Part shown: piece after piece, positions 38,203-50,382 of the stretch
Position numbering within the stretch: the first letter of the stretch is position 1
Layout of the letters: the number at the start of each line of letters is the position of its first letter
Assembly (NCBI GenBank): GCA_951406725.2
Contig: OX597829.1
Location: forward strand, 22,444,001 to 22,508,000
Reading direction: 5' to 3'
Length of the DNA: 64,000 bases
DNA from: Octopus vulgaris
Lineage: Eukaryota
The notes under the pieces: model-generated
Told to the model about the DNA's origin: nothing
Databases searched by the model: none
What the model saw: only the letters and a program-made list of their open reading frames with translations
Position numbers and translations under genes: made by a program

Positions 38203-39058
38203 CCCTTTTGGTACCAATCTGTCTGATAATTTGTTTCAAATGCCATCATAACAACAAAGTCATTTTACTAAATTTTTCATTATCCCCTTAGCATTTAAAT
38301 TGGCTATGTCTGGCCCAAATATTCTGTGTGTTTTATTATGTTCAAACTGCCCTGATCTGGCCCCTCACACCTACCCTACAATGTCATTATAAAAATTAGC
38401 AATCACACCATTAAAATCTCAAAGCTATGAGATACTCTTTACTCTTTTACTTGTTTCAGTTATGTGACTGTGGCCATGCTGGAGCACCACCTTGAGACGA
38501 GCAAATTGACCCCAGGACTTATTCTTTGTAAGCGTAGTACTTATTCTGTCGGTCTCTTTTGCCAAACCGCTAAGTTATGGCGATGTAAACACACCAGCAT
38601 CAGTTGTCAAGCGATGTTGGGGGGGGGGGACAAACACAGACACACACATATGTATATATATATAAGACGGGCTTCTTTCAGTTTCCATCTACCAAATCCA
38701 CTCACAAGGATTTGGATTGGCCCGAGGCTATAGTAGAAGACACTTGCCCAAGGTGCCATGCAGTGGGACTGAACCCAGAACCATGTAGGTTTAATTTAAA
38801 ATGATGTGAACAATGTAGGATTAATTCAAAATTATGTGAATAAATAAGCAATACATTTTGAAGAGAAAGCTGTCATTCTAAAAATCAGCAATCACATCAT
38901 TAAAAACTCAAAGCTTTGAGATAATGTAGGATTAATTTAATATTATGTTAATAAATAAGCAATACATTTGGAAGAGAAAGCCAAATACTAAAGGGTCATT
39001 TTCAAAATTATTTGAAACAAATGCAGCATATATCAACAGAAATATGGTAACAAAAGTG
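38203..39058 (+). mobile_element. Nested elements: TTAA MITE > second CCC..GGG MITE (about 38284-38995) > SINE family A (minus, about 38435-38788)
   Basis: Outer TTAA|CCCTTTTGGTACC...GGTAACAAAAGTG|TTAA. Inner CCCCTTAGCATTT...AAATACTAAAGGG. The SINE is recognisable as a reverse complement. Confidence 0.62.
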
Positions 39059-39149
39059 TTAAAGAGAAAAATCTATTTTATAAATTTTTAAAGTAAGTTA
39101 AAGAGACAAAGTTTCTTACATCCTCGTTATAGTTTCAGTGCCAAAAGTT

Positions 39150-39810
39150 ACATTAGGCGGCAAGCTATTTAGTGATATTTTATTCAGATTTCAAATTCTG
39201 TTAATATTAGCTTTGCTTTCCACTTCTGGAGGGTCAATAAAATAAGTACCAGTTGAACACTAAGATTGATATAATTAACTTACTCTCCAGCATTGTGCCA
39301 AAATTTGGAACTAATATCAAAAGTTACATTAGGGCAACAAGATGGCAGAATACTTAGCATGCCAAACAAAAGGCTCAATGGCATTTCTTCAAGTTTTTTA
39401 CATTCTGAGTTCAAATCCTGTTAAGTCTTTTATCCTTTGAGGTACAATAAAATAGGTACCAGTTAGATACTGGGGTCAATGCAATCAAATTGCAGGCCAT
39501 GTGCTAGGAGTAGAAAAGAAATTCAAAAATTACAAGTTACACTTTATCTTTTAGTTGATTCAGTCAGTAGACCATGGCCATGTTGGGGCACTGGTCTCGG
39601 AGAACTTTTAGTTGAATGAAGCCTTTACTTATTCTATTGATCTCTTTTTCTGAACTACTAAGTTATGATGAAATAAACACACCAGCATCGACTGTCAAAC
39701 AGTGGGGGTAGGGGAGAAACACAGACTCAAACACACATGGGCTTCTTTTAATTTCCATCTACCAAATCCACTCACAAGACTTTGGCCATCCCAAGGCTCC
39801 AAGGTGTCAC
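39150..39810. mobile_element. Two SINE family B (+) copies followed by a SINE family A (-) copy
   Basis: Family B motifs at about 39150-39520; family A reverse-complement motifs at about 39545-39810. Confidence 0.7.
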
Positions 39811-40429
39811 AGCAATAAAATTATTCATCAAAAGTGAAATGATTTTGAGAAAAAAGCTATTATATTAATATAATCATGAAACTAAATTTGCCTTACAGAA
39901 AATCACAAGAGCTTCAGGCAGGTAGGGCATAACTGCAATAAGTTATCACTAAATTCAAAACTCCTAATTAACATGTTAACTGCCATGGCCTGTTACAGGA
40001 ACTTAGTGGTGGCGCCATGTATTTCATGCAGTCACACTGCGTACTATTTAATTTTAAGGAAATACCATTTTTTAAATTTGCATTTTAACAATATTTCATA
40101 ATTAAACTTTAATATTTATCATTTGTTTTATTTAAATATCCTTAAAACCATGTCAAAGATACAGAATAAAATATTTTCTCACATAAAGAAAACGTACAAT
40201 CACTGTTGGTGCATATGGTTGTTGTGTGAAGTTTCTGATGAACCACCAATGGTATATGTGATGGTTATTGTGTTAAAGTGAAAAAAAAAACAAAAAAAAA
40301 ATTGTTTGCAATAATTTCTTTTGAAATAGCGAGACACTAAATCATTCAAATTTCATAATTTTGAAATATAATTTAATTTAAAAAAAATCTCATTAGTAAT
40401 TTTGAAAACTATAATCTATTTGTGCGAAG

Positions 40430-40720
40430 GCACAGAAGATAGTGGTTAAGGTGTTGTGCTTATGATCGTTAAATTGTGGGTTTGATTTCCGGACCAGGTA
40501 GCATGTGTTCTTGAGCAAAACTCTTCATTTCATGATACTCCAGTCCACTCAACTGTAAAGGGGGTACCCTACAATGGATTAGCTTTCCAATCAGGGAGGA
40601 GTGTTGGACTGTTCTCCTAGCCAATGGGGTGGCATCAATTAAAAGTTGAAACAGTGTGAAGCGCATTGTGACAGGTGATGTATAACAACATCCAATAATC
40701 TTTCCAATCACTTGATATTC
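40430..40720 (+). mobile_element. SINE family D
   Basis: TAGTGGTTAAGG A box, GGGTTTGATTTCC B box, GTGTTCTTGAGCAAAAC CORE-like segment, CCAGTCCACTCAACTG. Confidence 0.65.
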
Positions 40721-40885
40721 CTTAATTTATTTAAGACAATCAATTTCTTAATTCTTTTTCTTCTTAGCTGATATTTCAAAATTTAAAAAAAACCCCAAAA
40801 AACAAAGAAATCATAATAACCAGAAATTATTTGAGAAGACAATAAGAAATTCTTTTAATAATAATTTCTAAACAGAAACTAAATA

Positions 40886-41135
40886 TTGGGTTGGTGCATA
40901 ATTATTGTGGCTTTTTTTGCATCAAATTTTATTCAACAAAAACAATAACAATATTTAAAAAAAACATCTTTAAATGACAGTCTGACCGTCTGCCAAGCAA
41001 ATGGGAAGCAGTAATTGAAGTAGATGGTGAATATGCTCTGGAATAATCTTTCAAAGATGTTTTTGTTACATGTTATTGTTTTTATTGAATAAAATTTGTT
41101 GAAATAAAAGCTGCAATATTTATGCACCAACCCGA
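40886..41135 (+). mobile_element. Mariner MITE (Hsmar/Made1-type TIR)
   Basis: TA|TTGGGTTGGTGCATAA...TTATGCACCAACCCGA|TA. The internal DRLPSKWEAVIEVDGEYALE* is a mariner C-terminus. Confidence 0.85.
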
Positions 41136-41584
41136 TATATACTTCACAACAACCATAGTTTATAGCACTAATGTGTAATGTAGCATTAGAGTGTTATATA
41201 GTACTGCTATAGACTATATATACACATAGTACAGACTAATACTGATCTAGAAGGTTGACAGTTCAATACTAGGCATGTTCATACTGAAAGAATGCAAACC
41301 ATGCTTCCAGCAGTCTACTTGGTTGATAACAGGCTTCTTCCCCAACACCAAATATTTCAAAGTTGTATACTTATTTTTCATTTATTATAAAGGAACGTAT
41401 CCAGATGTAGTAATTTACTCAATGTTGAGGGTGGGGTGGATCTGGGAACTTGCTGAGTAACAAGCTATCCTGGTAGTTTTTCCTTTTGAGAATTCTTGTT
41501 TCCTTGTGTAGTTTGTGTGTGTGTGGTCTGTGAGGATGTGCACTGGGGGTGCTTTGTATTCTTTTGCAAGTTGTAAAGAAAGAC

Positions 41585-41800
41585 TAGAGCCTCAGTCTAG
41601 AGGTTAGGACCCAGTCAAGACTGGAGATTAAGGCCCAGTCAGGACTGGAGATTAGGACCCAGTCAAAAATAGAAATTAGGGTGTAGTCACCATTGGAGAT
41701 TAGAGCCCAGTCAGTGCTGCAGATTAGGGCCCCATCAGGATTGAAGATAAGTGAACAGTCTGGACTAGAGATTAGGGCTCAATCAAGACTGTAGACTGTG
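41585..41800. repeat. About 24 bp tandem repeat GACTGGAGATTAGGGCCCAGTCA
   Basis: About 8 imperfect copies with GACTGG/CCAGTC self-complementary ends. The repeat recurs at about 42950-43040. Confidence 0.8.
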
Positions 41801-41869
41801 TCCATCAAGACGGCAATGGTAAGGCATGAACCTCTGACCTGGAAATAAGGGCATATCTAACATATTGTT

Positions 41870-42945
41870 TGTAGACCATTGTTGTAATTGTTGTTCCTTT
41901 CAGTTGCCTAAATATGGCACCTATGGTTGCTCTAAATTGTTATATGTCTAGTCTTCTATATTTTATGCATGTTGTGGACCACTTTGTAAAGGTATTTATG
42001 TTAATTCCATTATCTTTTGTCTTCTATGAGTGAGCTATGTTTACACTGCTGAGCATAATGATCAGTTGTATTTGATGCTGTCTGGTTTTCAGGAAAGAAA
42101 GGAGACAGTGATTTGGTTGGCGCTACTTTTAGTCTGTTGTCTTGGAGTCAGGTTTCTAGGTGATTGATGTAGGTTTGGAATAGTCTGGTGAATGGTAAGC
42201 AGTAGATAACCAATTTATCATGTGTTTTGCTGTATGATGAAACATTATGTAATTATAGGTTAAAAAGAGTAGTTAAGAGGGTACCACTTTATGGTACTTT
42301 GAGAACTTACAGATTCAAGTTATTTTGTCATTATACTTAACATAGATTTGGCAACCCAAGAATTAGTTGGCAAGAATTTTGGTTGTTTTCAAAGAGGTAT
42401 TTCCTTTATTTTGTTTTTTCCTGTCAAAGCAGGTCACAGAAAATAGCTGCTAAGATCAATGTAGTTAAAATGGCTTATGAGGGAGACATAGGGCTTTCAA
42501 TGGCATCATGCAATCTTTGCATCAGTTTTGCAAGTATTGTAGTATGGAATGGTATCAATCAAAAGTTTTGAGTTATGAACAAAGAATGTGTGGATTGATG
42601 ACATCAAAGACAAGCCTTTCTAAGACTTCTGAAGTTTTGTTTAGGAGGCTGATATATTTTTGGTTTGGTTTTTTTTTCTTCAAAATTCTGGGGAGTTGGT
42701 AAGAATGGTTGTAGGTATTGGTCAGAACTATGATTCCTTCAAACCAAAGTTTTTAAAGTAACTGTTTGTTATTTTGTGTATTCCCAAAAGTTCTCAGTTT
42801 TTGAATGTTCATGTTGCTTCTCAGATAGTTTGTAGAAGAAAAAAATTCAATGCCATGTTATCCTGAGACATACCATATCTTGTGCGAATTTTGGAGAATC
42901 AATAAACAAATTAGTCTCATTAATAACCTTGTTAGTCTCAATTTG
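41870..42945 (-). pseudogene. Decayed LINE reverse transcriptase fragment (Jockey/CR1-like)
   Basis: Minus-strand YISLLNKTSEVLERLVFD (near 42600-42655) resembles the non-LTR RT motif YRPISLL...SK.LE+++. Multiple stops. Confidence 0.55.
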
Positions 42946-43115
42946 TACAGAAAGATTAGGGCTCAATCAGTCAGGGCTAGAGATTAGGGCCCAATCAAGA
43001 CTGTAGTTTAGAGTCTTGCCAGGATCAGAGATTAGATTCAAGATGGTAATGATAAGACATGGACCATTGACCTTGAGGACAGGACACATCCAACATATTG
43101 TTTGCTGATCATTGT

Positions 43116-43342
43116 TATTTCTTTACTACCCACAAGGGGCTAAACACAGAGAGGACAAACAAGGACAAACGGATTAAGTCGATTACATCGACCCCAGTGT
43201 GTAACTGGTACTTATTTAATCGACCCCAAAAGGATGAAAGGCAAAGTTGACCTTGGCGGAATTTGAACTCAGGATGTAACAGCAGAAGAAATACTGCTAA
43301 GCATTTCGCCCGGCGTGCTAATGTTTCTGCCAGTTCGCCACC
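43116..43342 (-). mobile_element. Full-length SINE family B
   Basis: Complete head (reverse complement GGTGGCGAACTGGCAGAAAC), B box, central domain and CCCCTTGTGGGTAGTAAAGAAATA tail. Confidence 0.9.
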
Positions 43343-44269
43343 CAACTGTCAATCATTGTTGTTGATTTTGAAGAAGATGTTTATTTCATGGAGTACCAAG
43401 AATACTCAGTTTATGAATTTTCGTACTGCTTCTCAGGTTGATGTCGGAAGAAAAAAGAATTCAAGGCCACAGCCTGAGACATATATTGTGTAGTTTTGGG
43501 AGAATCATTAACCTTGTTAGTCTCATTAATAACCTTGATAAATGCAGAGGAACTTCATCAGTTGAAACTAACGTATTTATCATTTGTTTGCTTCCACTGT
43601 GGCCATCACCACAACTACAACAACCAACACAACCACCACAATCACAATCTACAGGAATGAGAATCTTCATAGTCATTCACCCTGCTAGAAATAGTAGCAA
43701 AATGTTTATCAAATTATTTTCTGCCGTCTTCAAAAGAAAAACGTAAAATATACTGGCAGTTGCTTGTGGTAGTCATGGCTGGAATGCCTTTTACTTAACC
43801 AGGATTGACCTACAGATAAGAACAACAGGTACAAAAAAATAAATGGATAATGGAAGAAAGCCATTCCCTGACCATACTGCGAAAATATTGATATTTTGGT
43901 ATGCGGAGATACCATTCTTCACTTGATCAAGGAATGGTATATTCCTTTAACTGATTGTTGATAGAAAACTGGTTAGATGAATTCTTTAATGAAGAGCAAA
44001 AGAGAGAAATTTACAAAAGCATCCATTCCTTACTGCCATGGAAACGAGGATGTCAAAAATGGTTTGGGAAATTTATATCATGTAAAGAGAAAAACAAACA
44101 AAAAAAAAATTGGGTGTATGTCATGTGGACAGATTGTGTGTGTGTGTGTGAAAAACACATGACCAGACACTAAAAAAAAACAAAAAAAAAAAACAAGAAT
44201 AAATGGAGAAAGAGGAAGTGTGAGGAGGGGCAGGTGGACAGAGTTAGTGAGAAATATAAGCAAATTACA

Positions 44270-44915
44270 GTTTTTCTCTCTCTCTCTCTTTTTTCCCATA
44301 CTACTTCCAGTCTGTCTCTCTGTCTCTCCCTCTCTCATCTTTATCATATCTTTCGTTCACTTTCTCTCTCTCTCTCTCTCTCCCCTATCTTCACAGTATC
44401 TTTTGTTCTCTCTCTCTCACCTTCCCCCCCCATGTCGTTCATTCTCTCTCATCTTTACTGTCATTCATTCCCTCTCTCTTTCAATCTCTCGTCTTTGCCA
44501 TATCTTTCATTTTCTCTCTTGTCTTTCTCTCTTTCATCTCTACCATATCTTTCATTCTTTCTCTCTCTCTCTCTTTCCTATCTTTCATTTTCTCTCTTTC
44601 TCAATGTCTCTCTCTCTCTCCCCCTCTCCCTCTCATCTTCTGTTCCTCTCACTCATCTTTCCCCATATCTTTCATTTTCTCTCACACTCCATCACCATCT
44701 ATTACCATATCATTATCTATTGCTATATTCTCTCTCTCTCTCTCTCTCTCTCTATTACCATGTAACAAACTCCTTTCTTTCATACCATCCTCTCATATTC
44801 ATCTCCGTCTCTTTCTTTCATACTCCTTCATTATCTTCCTCTCCCTCCTCTTGTCCCCCACCACCTACTCTCCCGCCTCTTGTCCCCCTCCACCCACTCT
44901 CCCTCCACCGTTTCT
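44270..44915. repeat. Polypyrimidine (CT-rich) low-complexity tract with recurring CCATATCTTTCATTTTCTCTC
   Basis: Direct reading. Source of the 181 and 242 aa spurious ORFs. Confidence 0.85.
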
Positions 44916-45290
44916 CTGTGTTATTCCATGACAAGTTACAAAGAACTCATTGCAGTTACTAAGTATTAATATTTTCCCATCCAGTATTTTCCACTTGTCC
45001 AAATATTCTGGCATTAATGCAGACAAAAGACCAAAGTTGAGTATTAATAGTAAACCTACCATTTTAGCACCAAGTCTGTTATTGATTGTCAGCAGTGTAT
45101 GAGAATAGAATTGGTTTGGTATTGATTTTTTTCAGCATGGTTGGCTTTCTGAGAATTTCTGGTTTTCAACTGTTTTTCTGCCATTGTCAACAAGACCAAC
45201 AACAATAACAACAACAGCAATAATTTATCATTTCTTCACTTATAAATGGTGCTTTAGAAGCTCTTCTGTCTATAGTTATACCATTTTTTA

Positions 45291-45329
<39 letters not shown>

Positions 45330-45332
<3 letters not shown>

Positions 45333-46455
45333 CCTTTCTATTATAGGCACAAGGTCATCAATTTTAAGACAGGGGATAAGTCAATTATATTGATCCCAGT
45401 ATGCAACTGGTACTTATTTTATCAACCTCAAAAGGATGAAAGGCAAAGTTGACCTTGGTAGAATTTGAACTGAACTCACAGAATCTGGTAAAATCACCAG
45501 CATGACAGACATGATGCAAAGTGGAATTTTTCTAGTTTTATGTTTCAAGTTCAAATCACACTGAGATGGATTTTGTCTTTTTATTCTTTTGCAGGGTGGG
45601 GTGGGGAATCAAGAAAATAAGAGGGAGAGGGAAAGAGAGACAGAACAGTTTTGAAAATGAAAGCTCTTTCGAGATTTTTCAGATGCTAAGATGTTAAAAT
45701 TTGCAAACCTATCCAACTGACAGTGTTGAACACAACTTGTTCTTTATAAACATTGGCACAACTAATAAATATGAAGAGGTAAATATAGAAATTGCTGCTT
45801 ATATCATAAGAATTTAGAGACTTTGAGAGAATATGAAATAATTCTTTTTTTACTGGGGGGAGCTTAAGGTAGATAAAGCTATCCAAAAGGTTTTCTTTTA
45901 ACCCAATATTAACATGCTTTTATTTATATCTTGATCAAGGTGGCAAGCTGGCAGAAATGTTAGCATCCCAGGCAAAATGCTTACTGACATTTTGTCCATC
46001 TTTATGTTCTGAGTTCAAATTCCACCAAGATCAACTTTGCTTTACATCCTATCACGGTTGATAAATTAAGTACCAGTGAAACACTGGGGTTGATGAAATC
46101 GACTTACTCCCATCCCCAAAATTTCAGGCAATGTGCTTGAAAGTAGACAGGATTATTCCTATCGTTATCTACTTCAAGTTCCACTAATAAAAATGAATTA
46201 AATATGAAAATATTTTGGTGAGTGCTAATAGGGAACTGATGTTTAAGGTGGCGAGCTGAAATGCTTAGCGGTATTTCATCTGCCGCTACGTTCTGAGTTC
46301 AAATTCCGCCAAGGTCGACTTTGCCTTTCATCCTTTTGGGGTCAATAAATTAAGTACCAGTTACGCACTGGGGTCAATGTAATCGATTTAATACCTTTGT
46401 CTGTCCTTGTTTGTCCCCTCTGTGTTTAGCCCCTTGTGGGCAATAAAGAAATAAG
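45330..46455. mobile_element. SINE family B copies: 45330-45475 (-), 45938-46160 (+), 46247-46455 (+)
   Basis: Family B head, central and tail motifs. Confidence 0.82.
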
Positions 46456-46547
46456 AAATGATGTTTAAATAAAATGGTTCCACACCAATTATATCGTCTA
46501 CAGAAATGGAGAAAGTATTCTGTGAACCAAGAAGGAAGTGTCTAGAT

Positions 46548-46960
46548 GAGTTATTCTCAATGGGATCCACATGAACCTTAAGGGTCCATATAAAGCTTTT
46601 GGAGGTCCACACAAGCAAAATAGTAAATCGGCAGTCCACTGTAGTATTTTAGGGGTTAATGAAAAAAACTTTGCTTTAGAAGTATTTATTGTAAGAAACA
46701 GCTGGGTTTTTTTTCTCTAATGTTTAACATGGTTCAACATATTTCCAGTTATTGAAACGTGTTTTCTCAGAGAGTTCTGTCGCAAGCATACACATGTGAA
46801 CAGGTAAAATGCAAAATAGGAATTTTGAAAGAGGTATCTATAAAACTAGTTTTTAAACATGGAACGGTAAAGGGAGTCCACCAGAATAGAATAGTAAATA
46901 AATGGGTTTGTAGGGGTGGGGGTGGGGGGACATTGGTCTATATGGTTGCTTAAACTGATA
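46548..46960 (-). mobile_element. Decayed hAT-type non-autonomous element related to 55325-55873
   Basis: GGTCCACACAAGCAAAATAGTAA..GTAGTATTTTAGGGG and GCAAAATAGGAATTTTGAAAGA are reverse complements of the internal sequence of the 55325 element. Confidence 0.6.
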
Positions 46961-47001
46961 ATTATGTACTAATGTCTTAGGAAGGACAATTTGGAGAAAA
47001 G

Positions 47002-47034
<33 letters not shown>

Positions 47035-47929
47035 TGAAAATAAAGAAACAAGAGAAAGAGAAAATTTAAGGGAAAAATGGAAAGAAAAAAGAAACAGAGA
47101 GAGAAAGAAAGAAAATGAAAGAAAGAAAAAGAGATAGAGAAAAAGACGAAAGACAGACAGACAGACAGAAAGAAAGAACAAAAGACAGACAGAAAGAGAG
47201 AATGAAAGAAAGAAAGAACAATGGTCATAGCTTGATGCTTTTGATTATCAGTCTGTTGACACCAAACTTGCACTAAACAACGGCATCAACAACAACACCA
47301 AAATCAAAAACAACAGCAAGAGTGATAACAACACCACCACTACCACCACCACCACTGCCACCACCAACATCAACGTGTTCGTTCCCCTCCCCCTATTATC
47401 AAAGATTGTGCCTACATCAAGAATTAGATGTTGGAATGTTTCCATGACATAAAATATGCTGATTTGTCCAAAGACATACCTGCAGGGAATTAACCAACAT
47501 TGAAATGTGTCACATTCCGAAATTCCTTGCAAAAAAAAAAAAAAAAATCAACAAATAAATCAACACATTTTTATGACAATTCTGACAATTCACCATGATG
47601 CGAGTGTGAGTGTGTGTGTGTGTGTCTGTGTGAGCATCTGTGTATGTGTTTGTGTATGAGCACACATGTATGTGTGTGTGCCTGTATCTGTGTGAGCATC
47701 TGTGTGTATGTGTATGTGTATGAATGACTCTGTGTGTGTGTGTGTGTTTATGTGTGTGTGTATGTGCTAGCTTGGCTGTGAATAGGTATGTAGGGAATGT
47801 GTTGTATGGAAAATGTCGCATAGAGAGTATCTGCTGTGTAGAGAGTGTGTGCCACATAAAGAGTATGTGCCACAAAGAGTATGTGTTGCATAGAGAGTGT
47901 GTTGTGGAGAGAGTATGTGTCATGTATAA

Positions 47930-48800
47930 AGTATGTAGAGAAGTATGTGTTGTGTAGAGAAGTACATTTTGTGTAGAGCAGTACGTGTTGTGTAGAGCAG
48001 TACGTGTTGTGTCGAGGAGTACGTGTTGTGTAGAGCAGTACGTGTTGTGTAGAGAAGTACGTGTTGTGTAGAGAAGTACGTGTTGTGTCGAGGAGTACGT
48101 GTTGTGTAGAGCAGTACGTGTTGTGTAGAGAAGTACGTGTTGTGTAGAGCAGTACATGTTGTGTAGAGGGGTACGTGTTGTGTAGAGAAGTACGTGTTGT
48201 GTAGAGCAGTACATGTTGTGTAGAGGGGTACGTGTTGTGTAGAGGGGTACGTGTTGTGTAGAGAAGTACATGTTGTGTAGAGGGGTACGTGTTGTGTAGA
48301 GAAGTACATGTTGTGTAGAGAAGTACGTGTTGTGTAGAGCAGTACGTGTTGTGTAGAGAAGTACGTGTTGTGTAGAGCAGTACGTGTTGTGTAGAGAAGT
48401 ACGTGTTGTGTAGAGCAGTACATGTTGTGTAGAGAAGTACGTGTTGTGTAGAGAAGTACGTGTTGTGTAGAGAAGTACATGTTGTGTAGAGAAGTACGTG
48501 TTGTGTAGAGGGGTACGTGTTGTGTAGAGCAGTACGTGTTGTGTAGAGCAGTACGTGTTGTGTAGAGCAGTACGTGTTGTGTAGAGCAGTACGTGTTGTG
48601 TAGAGCAGTATGTGTAGTGTAGAGCAGTATGTGTCGTGTAGAGCAGTACGTGTTGTGTAGAGAAGTATGTGTTGTGTAGAGAAGTACATGTTGTGTAGAG
48701 AAGTACGTCTTGTGTAGAGCAGTACGTGTTGTGTAGAGGAGTACGTGTTGTGTAGAGAAGTATATGTTGTATAGAGAAGTATGTGTCATGTAGAGAATAT
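47930..48800. repeat. 19 bp minisatellite GTACGTGTTGTGTAGAG(AA/CA/GG), about 45 copies
   Basis: Direct reading. The 19-aa periodicity in all three minus-strand ORFs corresponds to 3 x 19 bp. Confidence 0.96.
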
Positions 48801-48984
48801 GTGTTGACTTATTAAAGTAGTAATGGGTTGTTTGTAAAATACAAATAGGAGTTCTGTGATATCTTGGAAAATTGTGCAATTGATTCAGTAACAAATAGTG
48901 ATATTACACCACTTTCCTTTCCATGAAAATAGGTGTCCTTATGCCAAGACCAGAAATCCTTTTTATTAATTTTATTGTTATTAG

Positions 48985-49400
48985 GGTGACAAAGGCAGCA
49001 AACTGACAGAATTGTTACTGTGCCAGACAAAATATTTGGTGACATTTCTTATGGCTTTACATTCTAGGTTCAAATGCTGTCTTTCATCAATTTGGGTTAG
49101 ATGAAAATAATGGACCAGTTAAGCACTGAGGTCATCATAATTGACAAGTCCCCTCCACAAAAAATTCAGGTGTTGTGCTTATAGTAGAAAGAAACTATTA
49201 AGGGTGAAAAGCTGGCAAAACTGTTACATCATCTGACAATAATATTTTATGGCCCTTTATGTTATGAGTTCAAATTCTGCTTAGGTTAAATTAGTATTTT
49301 TTTAAGGTTGATAAAATAAAATACCAGTCCCATACTGGTGTCAAAGGTACAAATTAGCCCCTTACCCTTAAAAATTGCTGGCCTTGTGTCCTAAATCAGA
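48985..49400 (+). mobile_element. Two tandem decayed SINE family B copies
   Basis: CTG.CA.AA heads, G.TTCAAAT B boxes, TTGTG tails. Confidence 0.65.
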
Positions 49401-49784
49401 ATCAATTTTATTGTTATTGATCTCTTACATATGTACCAGATACCTCATTGTAATATAATCCTTCCCACACTATATATTTAAAGTGAGGAAAGGGATATTT
49501 AGGGTAAGCACTTGTATGCTGTGGGTGCTACCTTGCTGCAGGAGTCAATGTCTCATCAAGTGACAAAGCAGCTCTGTAGGCGTTTTGGCCCTTTCCACCA
49601 TGACACCAGAGCTATCTGTGGCCATGTTTCAAGCACCCAGCACACACTGTATAAAGTGATTGGCTTTAGGAAGGGCATCCAGCCCTAGGAACCAAGCCAA
49701 ATCAGACTGGAACCTGGTGCAGCACTCTGGGTTTCCAGCTCTGGTCAAATTAGTCAGCCCATGCCAACATGGAAAACACATTAA

Positions 49785-50382
49785 CCCTTTCGTTACCAAC
49801 CCGGTTGAAACCGGCTCTGGCTCTGAGTACAAATGTCTTGTTTCCATAAGTTTTGAATTAAAATCTTCCACCAAACCTTAGTCACAATTTATGTTCCTAA
49901 CACTAGCTTAACCCTTCCTTTACCAAGCCGTCTGAAACTGGCTCTGGCTCTGTAGTACAAATGTCTTGTTTCCATAAGTTTTGAATTAAAATCTTCCACC
50001 AAACCTTAGTCACAATTTATGTTCCTAACACTAGCTTAACCCTTCCTTTACCAAGCCGTCTGAAACTGGCTCTGTAGTACAAATGTCTTGTTTCCATAAG
50101 TTTTGAATTAAAATCTTCCACCAAACCTTAGTCACAATTTATGTTCCTAACACTAGCTTAACCCTTCCTTTACCAAGCCGTCTGAAACTGGCTCTGGCTC
50201 TGTAGTACAAATGTCTTGTTTCCATAAGTTTTGAATTAAAATCTTCCACCAAACCTTAGTCACAATTTATGTTCCTAACACTAGCTTAATGATAACCAAG
50301 TTATTTTACTAAATTCTTTGTTATATTTAAAGTAATTGAAAGACACACAGAGCATTTCAAAAGAAATACAGTAACGAAAAGG
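49785..50382 (+). mobile_element. TTAA MITE with 5' portion tandemly repeated four times
   Basis: Units start at 49785, 49912, 50040 and 50162, each ending CTAGCTTAA. There is a single 3' half ending GTAACGAAAAGG|TTAA. Same family as 8026-8245. Confidence 0.92.

Noticed and set aside
40230-40260. Hammerhead-like CTGATGA followed by an ACCA/TGGT stem
   Set aside because: No GAAA or stem III follows.
43905-43945. Short hairpin ATACCATTC/GAATGGTAT
   Set aside because: The stem is too short for a pre-miRNA and is plausible by chance in 64 kb.
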